A stretch of DNA of 64,000 nt, from NCBI RefSeq assembly GCF_035084215.1, contig NC_090339.1:58900001-58964000 (forward strand), written 5' to 3'. The notes beneath the pieces are model-generated. The model saw only the letters and a list, made by a program, of their open reading frames with translations. It did no database searches and was not told the DNA's origin. The translations under genes were made by a program, and so were the position numbers. Numbering within the stretch: position 1 is the first letter of the stretch; each line of letters begins with the position of its first letter. This DNA is from Heptranchias perlo (Eukaryota). Positions 34,886 through 48,347 of the stretch are shown piece after piece.

Positions 34886-36736
34886 TGTTTGTTTCTTAAT
34901 GATGGCGAAAACCCAACCACATCATACTAGTTAACCTCACAAAGCTTTAAAGTCTCAATTCATACTCACTGATATGGGGCACAAGCTCACAGGGTATGGT
35001 TTTAGATCAAGATTTCATTGTGTCCTTACGATGTGACCAAATCCATTATTTCCCATGTTGCACAATGTTTCAAAGTCTCAGGGCCCAATTTTCCCCAACC
35101 ATGGGTTAGCAGTTCTACAAATGGGTCAGCAGTTGTACATTTTGAAATGGTGCCTAAAAATACTAGCTGAATTCCCATTAGCGCGTTGACTCGTAGTGAC
35201 CTGTGACACTCCACATGGCTTGGCTCCAACATTTTTTAGCTTAGCTCTCAAATTATATTTTCTATGGACCAAAATGTTATCAAGGCAAAATAATTAACTT
35301 AGAGGGCTCAAGCAACCAAATGATATTTAGCAAAGCGTGCCTTCTGATAAGGAGAAATATGTCATTCACTAATTTGGAATGCTTATACTCAATTGTTTTG
35401 TTTCACAGAAAGCCATTATCTAGTGAAGAATAAATACAATAAACCCTCTGTATCTTCGTGTAACTGGTGTGTTCTAGTGTGGGATGTGCTCCACAGAGGC
35501 TTTCTCTCTTTGGAAGGAGATTATATAAAGATGTTTATTATTTAGTAGGTCATAGTGTATAAGTGTCGTATGAGAACCTCTGTCACCACTAAAAAGGGAA
35601 TTGTCACTCAACGATAATTTTATTATTTTTCTAAATTTGTTGTCAAAATAGGGAATGCAAAGCCTGAAATTAAGGCTTTGAAATTTCGCAGTGTGATATT
35701 AGCATTGGTCCACTTGAAATTCCTCTTTCCCCTATTTGAGCAGAGGCATTAAATGGCTTAGACCTCCATGAAGATGGTGTCGAGGAATTTCAGATGAACA
35801 CATTGACCATTCCCACCCTACTATCCCACAGCATGATTGCAGGGACCAAGCAAAATGAAACGACGACAACAATAAGCAACCACAAAAACAGCAACAAGTG
35901 CCAACACCCAACAACATGCATTTATATCACACCTTTAAAGTAGAAAAGCATCCCAATCTTCCTCTCACGCACAAGTCACCAGCCCAAAAATAATGAGGTG
36001 CAGTACTACTGATATCTGATATGATATAGTTTTCCTCGGGGAAACATCAGAAAAATTAAGGAAGCACAGGTGTTATTTTGGGAACAGTGTAATTCTATTG
36101 CCTACGAGGAGAGGGTTACGGGACATCCGACCAGTGAAACACCAACAAAGCGGAACACCGCAAAACGCTTTAATAAGAAAACGGTGCTCAAAAAGCTGGG
36201 AACGAAATGGAGACAACCACAGATCTGTTTTTGTCCTCGTTGTCTGATCTCGAGGCTACTGCTTTTCATTTGTAAACATTATTTGGTCTCAAGCTTTGCA
36301 GGCCTCCTCAAAAAACAATCAATAAAAGACAAACCAACTGTTGGAAAAAAAAGACTCTCATCTTTTTACGTCTTTTGGTGTGTCACTAAAACCTGAAGCG
36401 GAAGACGGAACACCAATGAAGTGTATTTGTTTATGTTTGCGTCTAACCACAAGATAAAGGGAATGATAGGTGGGAATTAAAAGGTGTCATCTATCAAATC
36501 AACTCGAGAATGAATGAGCAAAGGGTCGAATGTGACAATAAATGAAATGACAATAAGTGGTCTTGACATGAGATAATTTAGAACATGACAATATGGAGGG
36601 AGGAAGTAATTTCTCTTCGCTCTTTGTAGAAAAATATTAAATGTTTTCTTTCTCTACTTTCTTATGATTTGACTACAAACAGCAGAGGAAATCGCTCTCA
36701 ATGGTGTTTGTGCTTAATGCTTAAAAATGGCATCTC

Positions 36737-37085
36737 AGAAAGAAACAGCTTGCATCCTCAAGACATCCCAAAGCATTTTACAGCCAATTAATTATTTTTT
36801 TGACGTGCAGTCACTGTTGTTGCGTAGGCAAATTCTGCAGCCAATCTTCGCACAGCAAGATCCCACAAACAGCATATGAATGAATGACGAAATAATCTTG
36901 TTTTTGATAGTGTTGGTTAAAGGAGGAATGTTGGTTTGGACATGAGGAGAACTTTTTGCTCTTCTATGAATAGTGCCCTGGATCTTTTACATCCAGCTAA
37001 GCAGGCAGGTATAACATCTCATCCAAAAGATAGTACTTCCCACAAAATAGTGTTCCCTCAGTGTTACACTGAAGAGTCAGCTTAC
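36737..37085 (-). mobile_element. DeuSINE, diverged
   Basis: CAGCAAGATCCCACAAACAGC; GGATCTTTTACATCC. Confidence 0.7.
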
Positions 37086-37099
37086 ATCAAGTGAAATCA

Positions 37100-37565
37100 T
37101 ACATGTTATAGGTAAACTAAGATCAAGGTATTCAGAAGCGCAGTGGAGTCAGTGTTGAGATACGGTGCTGACACTTGGACATTTACTTAAGAAACTAGAA
37201 AAGTAACTTGGAAAAGGACGGCATCTGTACAAGAGTATTGAGAAACGCTTTAGATGTCAGATGGAGAGACTACATCCCCAATGAGATATCACATGGAGAC
37301 TTAGACAGAATAACAACAGTACTGAAGCATTAGAAGGCTGAAACTCACTGTCCATTCCTTCAGAGCAAAAGAGGAAACGGCTTCAGAATTATTATTCTGG
37401 GAACCCAGACGTGGAAACAAAAAGAGAGTTCGGCTTAGAATTAAGCGCAATACCCAACTTATACTCGATACAGAAATTGCTATAGAATTACCAAAAAGCA
37501 TGATGAATAAAGAGATGTGGAGGACGGTCACAGGTGCTCCAATGATAGTCAACCGATGATGATAT
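37100..37565 (+). mobile_element. Old RTE-group (RTE-X-like) LINE 3' fragment
   Basis: Reads HSFRAKEETASELLFWEPRRGNKKRVR...QLILDTE...MMNKEMWRTV and ends in (GAT)n; short tail copy at ~53460-53535. Confidence 0.55.
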
Positions 37566-38124
37566 CAAAACTCATGCAATCATATATATGTTATATATAA
37601 ATCCAAGTGGAATCATACATGTGATATATAAGTCCAAATGACTAAGCCTTTTTAATATAGCAAATTTGTTTTATAAAGATAAAAAATAACATTTAGCTAT
37701 TAGGGTAAAATCACAGTAGCGACTTATACATCTGCTCAGCCTAGTTTAATCTGACTGCCAGATCTTCCACGATGTGCAAAAACCGATCAAGTTCACTGAT
37801 CTAAATAATTACCAATAAACTGTGCCGAGCTGCTGATAACCAGCACAACCGCACGTCCAGTAAAGTGATGTCTAGCTCATTTACAGATCCAACTTCACGG
37901 CTAAAGATCATCGTAGGGAGAAACCATTATAAAGCTCATCCCGACACCAGCGAAGGTCCCAGCAGTTCAGGAACCAACTGAACCAGAAGAAAGAAAAACC
38001 TGGAAATGGACAGTATTACTCAGTGGGATTAAAGGGGGCAGGTTGCACCAATGTGAACATGAAGATCTGGCACATGTCACTCACCCTCCATCTAAACTGG
38101 AGAAGCACCCAACATAATTTTTAA

Positions 38125-38440
38125 AAAATTTATTCTCAGGGTGTGGGCATTGCTGGCAAGGCTGGCATTTATTGCCCATCCCTAGTCGCCCTTGAGAAGG
38201 CGGTGATGAGCCTTCCTCTTGAACCGCTGCAGTCTCGTGTGGTGAAGGTGCTCCCACAGTGCTGTTAGGCAGGGAGTTCCAGGACTTCGACCCAGCGACG
38301 ATGAAGGAACGGCTGATATATTTCCAAGTCAGGACGGTGTGTGACTTGGAGGGGAACTTGGAGGTGATGGTGTTTCCATGAACCTGCTGCCCTCGCCCTT
38401 CTAGGTGATGGAGGTCGCGTGTTTGAGAGGTGCTATCGAA
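38125..38440 (-). mobile_element. Third LINE family, 3' part (continues at 41667-41912)
   Basis: CATTTATTGCCCATCCCTAG...GAACCGCTGCAGT...GGAGTTCCAGGA; collinear with 4025-4545. Confidence 0.8.
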
Positions 38441-41400
38441 GAATCATAGAAAGTTACGGCACAGAAGGAGGCTATTTGGCCCATCGTGTCCGTGCTGGCC
38501 GAAAAAGAGCTACCCGGCCTAATCCCACTTTCCAGCACTTGGTCCGTAGCCCTGTAGGTTATGGCACTTCAAGTGCACATCCAAGTACTTTTTAAATGAG
38601 TTAAGGGTTTCTGCCTCTCCCACCCTTTCAGGCAGTGAGTTCCAGACCCCCACCACCCTCTGGGTGAAAAAATTTCTCCTCAGCTCCCCTCTAATCCTTC
38701 TACCAATTAATTTAAATCTATGCCCCCGATCACTGACCCCTCTGCTAAGGGAAATAGGTCCTCCCTATCCACTCTATCTAGTCCTGTCATAATTTTATAT
38801 ACTTCAATTAAATCTCCCCTCAGCCTTCTTTATTCCAAAGAAAACAACCCCAGCCTATCCAATCTTTTCTTATAGCTAAAATTCTCCAGCCCTGGCAACA
38901 TCCTCGTAAATCTCCTCTGTACCCTCTCTAGTGTAATCACATCTTTCCTGTAATGTGGTGATCAGAACTATACACAGTACTAAAGCTGTGGCCTAACCAA
39001 TGTTTTATACAGTTCCAGCATAACCGCCCTGCTCTTATATTCTATGCCTCGGCTATTAAAGGAAAGTATCCCGTATGCCTTGTTAATCATCTTATCTACC
39101 TGTCCTGCTACCTTAAGGGATCTGTGGACATGCACTCCGAGATCCCTTTGTTCCTCTACATCTCTCAGTATTCTTCCATTTATTGTGTACTTCCTTGCCT
39201 TGTTTGCCCTCCCCAAATGCATTACCTCACACTTCTCTGGATTGAATTCCATTTGCCACTTCTCTGCCAACCTGGCCAGTCCATTGACATCTTCCTGCAG
39301 TCTACAGCTTTCCTCCTCACTATCAATCACACGGCCAATTTTTGTATCATCTGCAAACTTCTAGATCAAGCCCCCCACATTCAAGTCCAAATCATTAATA
39401 TATACCACAAAAAGCAAGGAACTTATTACTGAGCCTTACAGAGCGCCACTGGAAACAGCTTTCCGAAAACACCCGTCAACCATTACCCTTAGCTTCTGGC
39501 CACTGAGCCAATTTTGGATCCAACTTGCTACTTTCCCTTGGATCCCATGGGCTTTTACTTTTTTGACCAGTCTGTCATGTGGGACCTTGTCAAAAGCCTT
39601 GCTAAAATCCATGCACACCACATTAAATGCACTACCCTCATCGACCCTCCTTGTTACCTCCTCGAAAAATTCAATCCAGTTAGTCAGACACAACCTTCCC
39701 TTAACAAATCCATGTTGACTGTCCTTGATTAACCCATGCCTTTCTAAATGATGATTAATACTGTCCCTCAGAATCGATTCCAATAATTTGCCCACCACCG
39801 AGGTTAGACTGATTGGCCTGTAATTATTCGGTCTATCACTTTCTCCCTTTTTAAACAACGGTACAATGTTAGCAGTCCTCCAATCCTCCGGCACCACATC
39901 TATAGCCAGGGAAGATCGGAAAATGATGGTCAGAGCCTCCATTATTTCCTCCCTTGCTTCTCTTAACAGCCTGGGATACATTTCATCCGGGCCTGACGAT
40001 TTATCTACTTTCAAAGATGATAATCCCCTTAATAATTCCTCTCTCACTACGTTTATCCCATCCAATATTTCACACTCCTCCTCCTTAACTATAATCTCTG
40101 CATCGTCCCCCTCTTTTGTGAAGATGGACGCAAAGTATTCATTAAGAACCGTACCCACATCTTCCGCCTCCACACACAGGTTACCTTTTTGGTCTCTAAT
40201 AGGCCCTACTCTTTCCTTACTTATTCTCTTGCTCTTTATGTATTGATAAAACATTTTTGGGTTTTCCTTATTTGTACTTGCCAGTATTTTTTCATGCCCT
40301 CTCTTTGCTTTCCTAATTTCCTTTTTAATTTCACTCCTGCACTTTCTATACCCCTCAAGGCTTTCCTCAGTGTTGAGCTTTCGGTGTCTAACATAAGCTT
40401 CCCTTTTTTGCCTTATCTTACCCTGTATGCTCCTTGTCATCCAGAGGGGTCTAGATTTGGCAGTCCCACCCTTTTTCTTTGTGGGAATATGTTTACTCTG
40501 AACCCCTTGAATCTCCTCCTTGAATGCCTCCCACTGCTCTGACACTGATTTACCTTCAAGCAGCTGTTTCTAGTCCACTTTTGCTAAATCACTTCTCAGC
40601 TTAGTAAAATTGGTCTTTCCCCAATTTAGAACTTTTGCTCCTGTTCTATCTTTGTCCTTTTCCATATCTATACTAAATCTAACTGAATTATGATCACTAC
40701 CACCAAAATGCTTTTCCACTGATACTCCTTCCACCTGCCCAGCTTCATTCCCCAAAACTAAATCCAGAACTGCCCCCCTCTTGTTGGGCTTGCTACATAC
40801 TGGCTAAAAAAGTTCTCCTGAATGCTTTTTAAGAATTCTGCACCCTCTATACCTTTTACACTGATTGTATCCCAGTTAATATTAGGGTAGTTGAAATCCC
40901 CTACTATTACTGCCCTATTGCTTTTGCACTTCTCAGAAATGTGCCTACATATTTGCTCTTCTATCTCCCTCTGACTGTTTGGGGGTCTATAGTACACTCC
41001 CAGAAGTGTGATTGCCCCTTTTTAGTTCTTTAGCTCAATCCATATGGCCTCATTTGATGATCCTTCTAACATATCATCCCTCCTCACAGCTGTAATTGTT
41101 TCTTTAACCAATATTGCCACCTCCCCCCTTCTTTTTTATCCCCCTCTCTATCTCGTCTGAAAACCCTGTAACCAAGAATGTTAAGCTGCCATTCCTGCCC
41201 CTGTTTAAGCCATGTTTCTGTAACAGCTAAGATGTCGTACTTCCACATGTCTATCTGTGCCCTTAGCTAATCTGCCTTATTCACTATACTCCTTGCATTG
41301 AGGTATACACCATTAAGCACTGCCAAACTCCTTTGTTGTCTAGTTTCTAACCTTTGTTTCCTCTGCCTTCCAAACTCACTTACTAATTTTCTGCCTTCCA

Positions 41401-41660
41401 TTTCCAGCTCTGCTTCTCTCCCTTCTGAATCCACGCTCAGGTTCCCATCCCCCTGCCAAGCTGGTTTAAACCCTCCCCAACAGCACTAGCAAACCTCCCC
41501 GCGAGGATATTGGTCCCGGCCCTGTTGAGGTGCAACCCGTCCGGCTTGGTACAGGTCCCACCTCCCCCAGAACCGGTCCCAATGCCCCAGGAATCTAAAG
41601 CATTCCCTCCTGCACCATCTCTCCAGCCACGCATTCATCTGCTCTATCCTCCTATTTCTA
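38441..41660 (-). mobile_element. CR1 LINE with essentially whole (disrupted) ORF2 and the C-terminus of an esterase-type ORF1
   Basis: ORF1 DGLHLNRAGTNILAGRF; APE endonuclease YLNARSIVNKAD*, VTETWL, YYRPPN, VGDFNYP, GSDHN; RT QHGFVKGR, DFSKAFDKVPH; TSD GAAGAA at 38438-38443 / 41667-41672. Confidence 0.93.
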
Positions 41661-41666
41661 TAATTA

Positions 41667-41912
41667 GAAGAAGGTTTGGCGAGTTGCTACAGTGCATCCT
41701 GTAGATGGTGCGTGCTGCAGCCACGGTGCACCGATGGTGGAAGGAGTGAATGTTTAGGGTGGTGGATGGGGTGCCAATTAAGCAGACTGCTTTGTCCTGG
41801 ATGGTGTCGAGCTTCTTGAGTGTTGTTGGAGCTGCACCCAACCAGGCAAGTGGAGAGTATTCCATCACACACCTGACTTGTGCCTTGTAGGTGGCGGAGA
41901 AGCTTTGGGAAC
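41667..41912 (-). mobile_element. Third LINE family, upstream part
   Basis: YKAQVRCVMEYSPLAWLGAAPTTLKKLDTIQDKAVCLIG..LNIHSFHHRCTVAA. Confidence 0.85.
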
Positions 41913-42467
41913 CTTTATTTTTTCCAATTGTATTTTCAACTGCAAAGTTAGAATCAGCATGAGGGAGATTTAAGTTGCTTTTATATTGTGTGAGATTGTG
42001 CCAACCTAATGGTCTCATACACCAAGCAAATAAAAAATGGGTTCTTCCTGGCAGTGTCAGAAGATAGTGACATCAGCACAGGTCGTCACCCAGCTGTATA
42101 CCAGTTTAATTATTTTAAAAAATAAAATATATCCTGAGCACTCGACACGAGATTGCATAAGGACAATATTGAAGTGGAATCAAATTCTAGAAATTTCCAT
42201 TGAGGACTCAGCTGGGAAGCCCAGTAACAGGAAGGAATCTCACACCATACAGAACAACAAAAATAGTAGGCAGGCACTGTACTTTTCACCTTGTTCAGTA
42301 CAGTACAGTAAGTGCCAAAGAAGAGCTTCACACTTCATTTGACAGTTCATTAAACATTGTACAAGCAATACAGAAAATGGTGTACTTCATTCACTGCAGG
42401 ACTACGGGCTGTGGTGTTGAGATGTCATGTGAGAAATCAGATAAAAGAGCAGACCACGTGCATGAAA

Positions 42468-42712
42468 ATCATAGAATGATACAGCACAAAAGGAGGCCAT
42501 TTGGCCCATCGTGCCTGTGCCGGCTCTTTGAAAGAGCTATCCAATTAGTCCCACTCCCCTGCTCTTTCCGCATAGCCCTGCAAGTATGGTTCCTTTTCAA
42601 GTATATATCCAGTTCCCTTTTACTGAAATCCAATTGAAGAGCAATCACTGTTATTATGTAGGCAAACATGGCAGCTACTTTTTGCACAGCAAGATCCCAC
42701 AAACAGAAAGAC
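42468..42712 (-). mobile_element. CR1 3' end (~42468-42625) plus DeuSINE fragment
   Basis: AATCATAGAATGATACAGC...CTATCCAATTAGTCCC; GCACAGCAAGATCCCACAAAC. Confidence 0.7.
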
Positions 42713-43439
42713 CAGAGGTAAAACTGCCAGGGATTGGACACATACCTTCCACTGGGCACTTAAAGACATACCAACTAGATGACACTGGACTGGACATGAA
42801 TCTTCCCAATAGACTGCCAAGAATTCTTACACGCACAGACCATTATACTACCAGGATGGGAATGATTACCATCACCGCTAGGTCCTTATGTGAGCCTCCC
42901 TCCAACCTGCCAGATATCAGATACATAAACCCCCTCAACTGAATTGCCCAGAGTGCTGACATGTATCTTATCAAGGATCAGATTTAGGATCTCCACTTGA
43001 CTACCAAGAACCAAAAAAGACCCCCAAACCGTACCACAATACAAACATCCCCACAAAAATGGAAAAATCCTTCCTCCCCACCACACCAACGAGATGCAGA
43101 TGTAATCAACGGACGAGAACAGGGAATACAACCTTGGCGTAACTTGGTGATATCAACAGACATTTAATGCATTTATACGATACTCTTTCATACATCTCTA
43201 GCAGCGATACTAACTCAATTAAAATAATTGTGCTAACAACTGGATGGAAAAGCAGACACAGGAATATCGTAAAAGCTCCATTAAGCGATCGTCTGCTGAT
43301 ATCTCCAACGGTCATATTTGGATTTATCCTGACCGGATCAGCGGAGAAAAGAAAAGAAATAACATTTAGATTTGGTCCCAGAAGCCCAGCAAGTAACTTG
43401 GCCTGACAGAAAATAATGCTGTACCTTCAACAGTGTCAG

Positions 43440-43860
43440 TGTCAGCCATGATTCAGTGGGTAACACTCTTGCCTTTGACTCGGAAGGTTGTGCCTTTAAA
43501 TCCCACTCCAGAGAATTGAGCATGTAATCGAGGTTGACATTCCAGTGCAGTACTGAGGGAGTGCTGCATTGTTGGAGGTGCCATCTTTTGGCCCTGTCTG
43601 CCCTCTCAGGTGGACGTAATAGCTCCCATGGCACTATTTCGAAAACGAGCAGGGAAGTTCTCCCAATGTCCTGAGCCAATATTTATCCCTCAACCAACAA
43701 GCCAGAAAACCCCAGATTATTTGGTCATTATCACGGTGCTGTTTGTGGGACCTTGCTGTGCAATAAATTGGCTGCTGCATTTCCTACGTTACAAAAGTAG
43801 GTCATTGGCTGAAAAGTGCTTTGGGATGTTCTTTGGTCATGAAAGGCGCTATATGCATGC
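43440..43860 (+). mobile_element. DeuSINE, near full length
   Basis: GTCAGCCATGATTCAGTGGGTAAC...CAGTACTGAGGGAGTGCTGC...GAAAGGCGCTATAT. Confidence 0.8.
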
Positions 43861-44667
43861 ACAGTGCATGACTTTTTGAATCAATCCCGTTCAGATAAAT
43901 TCAGGTCTGAAGTTCCTTCCTAAAGTTTACACTGAAACAGATTTGATGTAAAAGAGAACAAAATTACTGGGTTTTTTGTTTCAAACTACATTTTATACAG
44001 GGCACGTCATTAGTTCCAGCTGTAGTTCGCGGCTGGTAGTTTGGAGCCAGCACGCGCTTTAAGAATTTACAGAAAAAAGGTGCAGGAGGAGGAGCAGGAG
44101 GAGGAGGAGCGGGTTCAGCTGGCTTGGATCTGTCTGGTATTTGTTCAAAGCTCGAAACAAGCACATCTGTACATGTGTAGGAGTGCACAAAGTAACGGTG
44201 CATGCACAACAGCACTTTTAACAGACTATGAGATGTTTTTCATGTTGGTTTTTTGTAAGGTGCAACTGCACATTTGCAGAGGCCTGCATATCGGCAGCTT
44301 CACTTCCATTTGAAGTTGAGCTCGGTCATAGGGGTGTGAAGATGAGCCTACCCAAGTGAAATGGCCAAGCATAGGCTGACGTGCATGGTCATCGTTGCAT
44401 CTATGCTGCAGAAACCTCAGACCAAACACTTTTAAAAGTCTGCGACAGGCTAGGATGGTTAAAAATAGCCGCTGGGGCTACGCTCAGATGTCGCAAAGAT
44501 TGAACCGGGCAAGACAACACAATTTGGACCTGAAGTAAGACAAAACCACCAATTTCTGGTCAAGGGGCTATGCAGTGCAAAACACAGGCAGCGAGACTGG
44601 CGGTATAATGCTGGCTGCGACTCACACGCCTCCTTTTTAATATCAAGAGGAAGCGGGCGGCAGCATC

Positions 44668-44865
44668 TAGAATCACACAGCACAGAAGGAGGCCATGCGG
44701 CCCATCGTGTCTGCGCCGGCTCTTTAAAAGAGCTATCCAACTAGTCCCATCTCCGCCCCAACCCTTTCCCCTGTAGCCCTGCAAATGTTTCCTTTTTAAG
44801 CAGAGATCCAACTCCCTTTTGAAAGTTGCCACTGAATCTGCTTCCACCGCCCTTTCAGGCAGTGA
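44668..44865 (-). mobile_element. CR1 3' end fragment
   Basis: ORF EADSVATFKRELD; GGAGGCCATGCGGCCC. Confidence 0.75.
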
Positions 44866-45369
44866 ATGGTTGAGGCAGAAACTATGTCGACATTCTAGAT
44901 TGGATTGGATAGGTGGACGAAGGAAAAGGGATTGAAGGAATATGGGAACGTGTGGGATCTGCTTTGAACTCAGCGCAAAATTTAAAATGGGCTCAGCAGG
45001 TCATCCCGAGCGCTTTTTAAAATCTTATTTATACCCTAGTCGGTCTGAAGCCCAAGTAGTGTAGGATACCCTTTTGGAAGGGCTACTGCCTTTGGGGCAT
45101 TTGGGCTGCTTTTACATTAGTTCAATGATATGCCATTAGCACCAGCCCCTGACTTACTGGTCTCACACTCTGGCAACGACAAGTTAAACTTGCTGGGCTT
45201 GCTAATGCTGACAGGCCCAAGGAAGGTTTATTTTGTTTTTACTGCTAAACCCCAGCCACCTGCCTCATCAAATCCGACGTGTTTATTTTGATGTCACTGC
45301 CAGCTGCATGAGACCTGTCCGTCGGGAGATTGAGATCAGGATCGGACTCCGGAGTTACTTGACGACGAT

Positions 45370-45786
45370 GTCAGCCGTGGCTCAGTGAGTAGCACTCTTG
45401 CCTTTGAGTCAGAAGGTTGGGGTTCAAGTTCAACTCCAGAGAGTTGAGCACATACTGCAGTGCAGTACTGAGGGAGTGCCGCCCTGTTGGAGGTGCCGTC
45501 TTTCACATTAAATATTAAGCTACCCTCTCAGATGGATGTTAAAGATTCCATGGCACTATTTCAAAGAAGAGCAGGGGAGTTGTCCCTCAAGTCCTGGCCA
45601 ATATTCATCACTAAAAACAGATTATCTGGTTGTTATCACATTACTGTTTGTGGGACCTTGCTGTGCGCAAATTGGCTGCTGCGTTTCCTACATTACAACA
45701 GTGACTACAATTCAAAAGTACTTAATTCGTTGTAAAGCGCTTTGGGACATCCTGAGGCTGTGAAAAAATGCAAGTCTTTCTTTCTT
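45370..45786 (+). mobile_element. DeuSINE, near full length
   Basis: A box TGGCTCAGTGAG, B box GGTTCAAGTTC, Deu domain, tail AATGCAAGTCTTTCTTTC. Confidence 0.85.
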
Positions 45787-46478
45787 TTACTTTTGCATCG
45801 ATGTGCCTCCATAAATGGCAGTATAAATGCAGCCTTGGACAGGTCAGTAATGGATCTTTAAAATTTGTGTAGTTCTAACAAATTTAATAACAAATAAGTA
45901 ACATCAAAGTTTTACAATTTTTGAGTTTTGAAAAAGCTTAAAATCTCAGTAATCCAATGGTTTATTCACCTACCTTCGAATAAATGTTATAATTTAATAT
46001 ACACACGTTAACCATTCGCTAAGTGGGAGACAAGGCATTTACACTTTTGACAAGGTGCATTTCATACCTCTACATTATTTAGTTTTTCTTTCTGAACTCC
46101 TATCTCTTTCTTAACCTCCTGACCGATTTCTGCTGCTATCTGCTTCCATTCCACTTTCATGACTGTGAACAGTTCCTCAGCATGTCTCATGGACATACTT
46201 GCACCACTGCAATCTATTCATCCAGAATAGATCATCACAGAAAGTACAGACATCAATAAATCTCAACGTACACAGCTGAAATCAGGAGACCAGACGTTTT
46301 ACTACTGTCGCTGAGGAAATATTTCACGAATGGCTGAACAGAGATCAAGAAACTAGAGTCCAGAAGTCATCTTTGTCTTTTCCTGTACACAAACCACATG
46401 GACCAACTTACCCTGGTAGTTGGAAGCTTTCTTTCACTTTGCTATGTTTCTAAGCCAACAGACCTCTCCATATAATGA

Positions 46479-47100
46479 GCGGGATCTTGCTGGATAAATA
46501 ACGGCGTGTTAACGACGCACGCCGTTACTAATGTGCAAACCGGCCAGCGAGTTCAGGGGATTAAGTGATACGCCGTGAGCTGCAAATCTCCAGAAACTGC
46601 TGGTCGATTTCCGCCGCTCCACCGTTTGCTTCGCACAAACGGCATCTCGCCCCCAGCCTCCCCGTTATTTTTAAGAACATGCTGGATTTGCACATTAATT
46701 GCCCATTAAACTCGCCGCAGAAAGTTAGGGCTGGAACTTAACAACGTAAGTACCTTTTAACTACGTGATAATTGTTGATACAATGCCAACCAATCTCTCA
46801 GACCCAGAAAGGGAACAATTTAAATTGTGGAGTCTCATTCCTTCGGGTGGTAAATTGTTCTTAGAGATTTAAAAAATGTCTTACTTTTCCTTTCTGTCTC
46901 TTTTTTTCTCTCTCTCTTAACTCAATCTTTCTTTCCCTCTCTTTATTTCTCTTTCTATACCTGATTTGACTCTAATTCACCCACCTACTCATTCATTCCT
47001 CTGTTTCTTTCTCAATCCTTAATCTCCTTGATTAAGGAGCTAGACTGTTGGTCCCATCGTTCACTGAGGTCCTGTTTCCCAAACCACCCCGTTATCAGCT
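46479..47100. mobile_element. Non-autonomous DNA transposon, second copy (right end missing)
   Basis: GGATCTTGCTGGA..ATAACGGCGTGTTAACGACGCACGCC.. collinear with 28965-29442 and 31576-31685. Confidence 0.75.
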
Positions 47101-47467
47101 GGGAGAAGACTCCTTGTCTATTCTGGTAAGAATCCAATAAAATATATTTTCTGGTGGCAAGCTCCAATCTGGAATTCTCAGATGCGCTGACAGTTCCTAA
47201 CAAGCTTGTTTTCAAAAGGGATTAAGACGATGATGAAAAGAAATCATTTGTCAAGTCGGGCAAACGTCCAAAAATTACTGTATTTTCCAAAGCGTTGAGA
47301 TGACACTTATTATCTCTTACAGATGTTCAACTGGGACCAATGGACTATTCCAGGCATGACCATTATCAGCGGAATCTCAGCGGGTGAGTGTGCATCTGGT
47401 GGCTGATTGGTGGAGCGATCGCACGCATGTCACTGGCAGGGGGTCGCAACGTTATTTTGGTGATAGG

Positions 47468-47735
47468 GACATTAGGAACAGGAGGAGGCTGTTCAGCCCC
47501 TCGAGCCTGTTCTGCCATTCAATTAGATCACGGCTGATCTGTATCTCAACCCCATCTACCCGCCTGGGTTCCGTAACCCTTAATTACCCTTACCCAATAA
47601 GAATCCATCAATCTCGGTTTTGAAATTTTCAATTGGCCCCCAGCCTCAACAGCTCCAGATTTCCTTTGTGCGAAGAAGTGCTTCCCGACATCGCCCCTGA
47701 ATGGCCTAGCTCTAATTTTAAGATTATGCTCCATT
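47468..47735 (-). mobile_element. CR1 3' fragment
   Basis: ORF HNLKIRARPFRGDVGKHFF; CATTAGGAACAGGAGGAGGC. Confidence 0.75.
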
Positions 47736-47739
47736 TTCA

Positions 47740-48347
47740 ATAGAACTGGCGAGCGGCCAGCACTATATGAGCCCTAACGAGAGGCTCCTCTGCAGAGCCG
47801 AGCTCACAGGGCGACCTTAAAGGGGAGGGTGGAGGTGGGAGTTGGGCAGGTAATAGCCTGGGGGGGGGGGGAGAGAGGAGGGCAATTAGGGATGGGCAAT
47901 AAATGCTGGCCTTGCCAGCGACGCCCACATCCCGTGAACGAATTTTAAAAAAGATAGCCTGCAGGCAGTGGGCAAGATGGTTTTTTGTGGGGTCTGGAGG
48001 AGCCCTCGTGTTTTCCGAGCGGACGTCGGCTGTCCCCTTTGAGGACCCGCTGGTTCGAACGCTCTACGGGTGGGGTCTGCGGGTGGGGCCTGCGCGCTCT
48101 TCCCGGCAGAAGCCCAGAACGGCACCGGCATCCGAAATGCGTCACAGGACCCCCAATTTAAAAATACGTATGAGGCTCCCGCCCGTTTCCGGCGAAGGTG
48201 CCAGTCGCCTAAATTAAGGCACGATCGTAAAACTCGCAACGGGCGGGCGGGCCTTGAGCACAATCTCTGTCGCAAGTTTTGCGTTGCCAAAATTTCTGTC
48301 TAACTACCGTCCCGTTCATGTTGAGGGAGAGTCGAAAATCGCCCCCT
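47740..48347. mobile_element. CpG-rich DNA-transposon remnant with a LINE tail (47879-47952) inside
   Basis: Ends GAAAATCGCCCCC like the GGGGG-terminated MITEs; only one end is recognisable. Confidence 0.4.

Noticed and set aside
44080-44112. Poly-Pro / poly-Glu ORFs over (GGA)n
   Set aside because: Short simple repeat; no splice signals or homology recognised.
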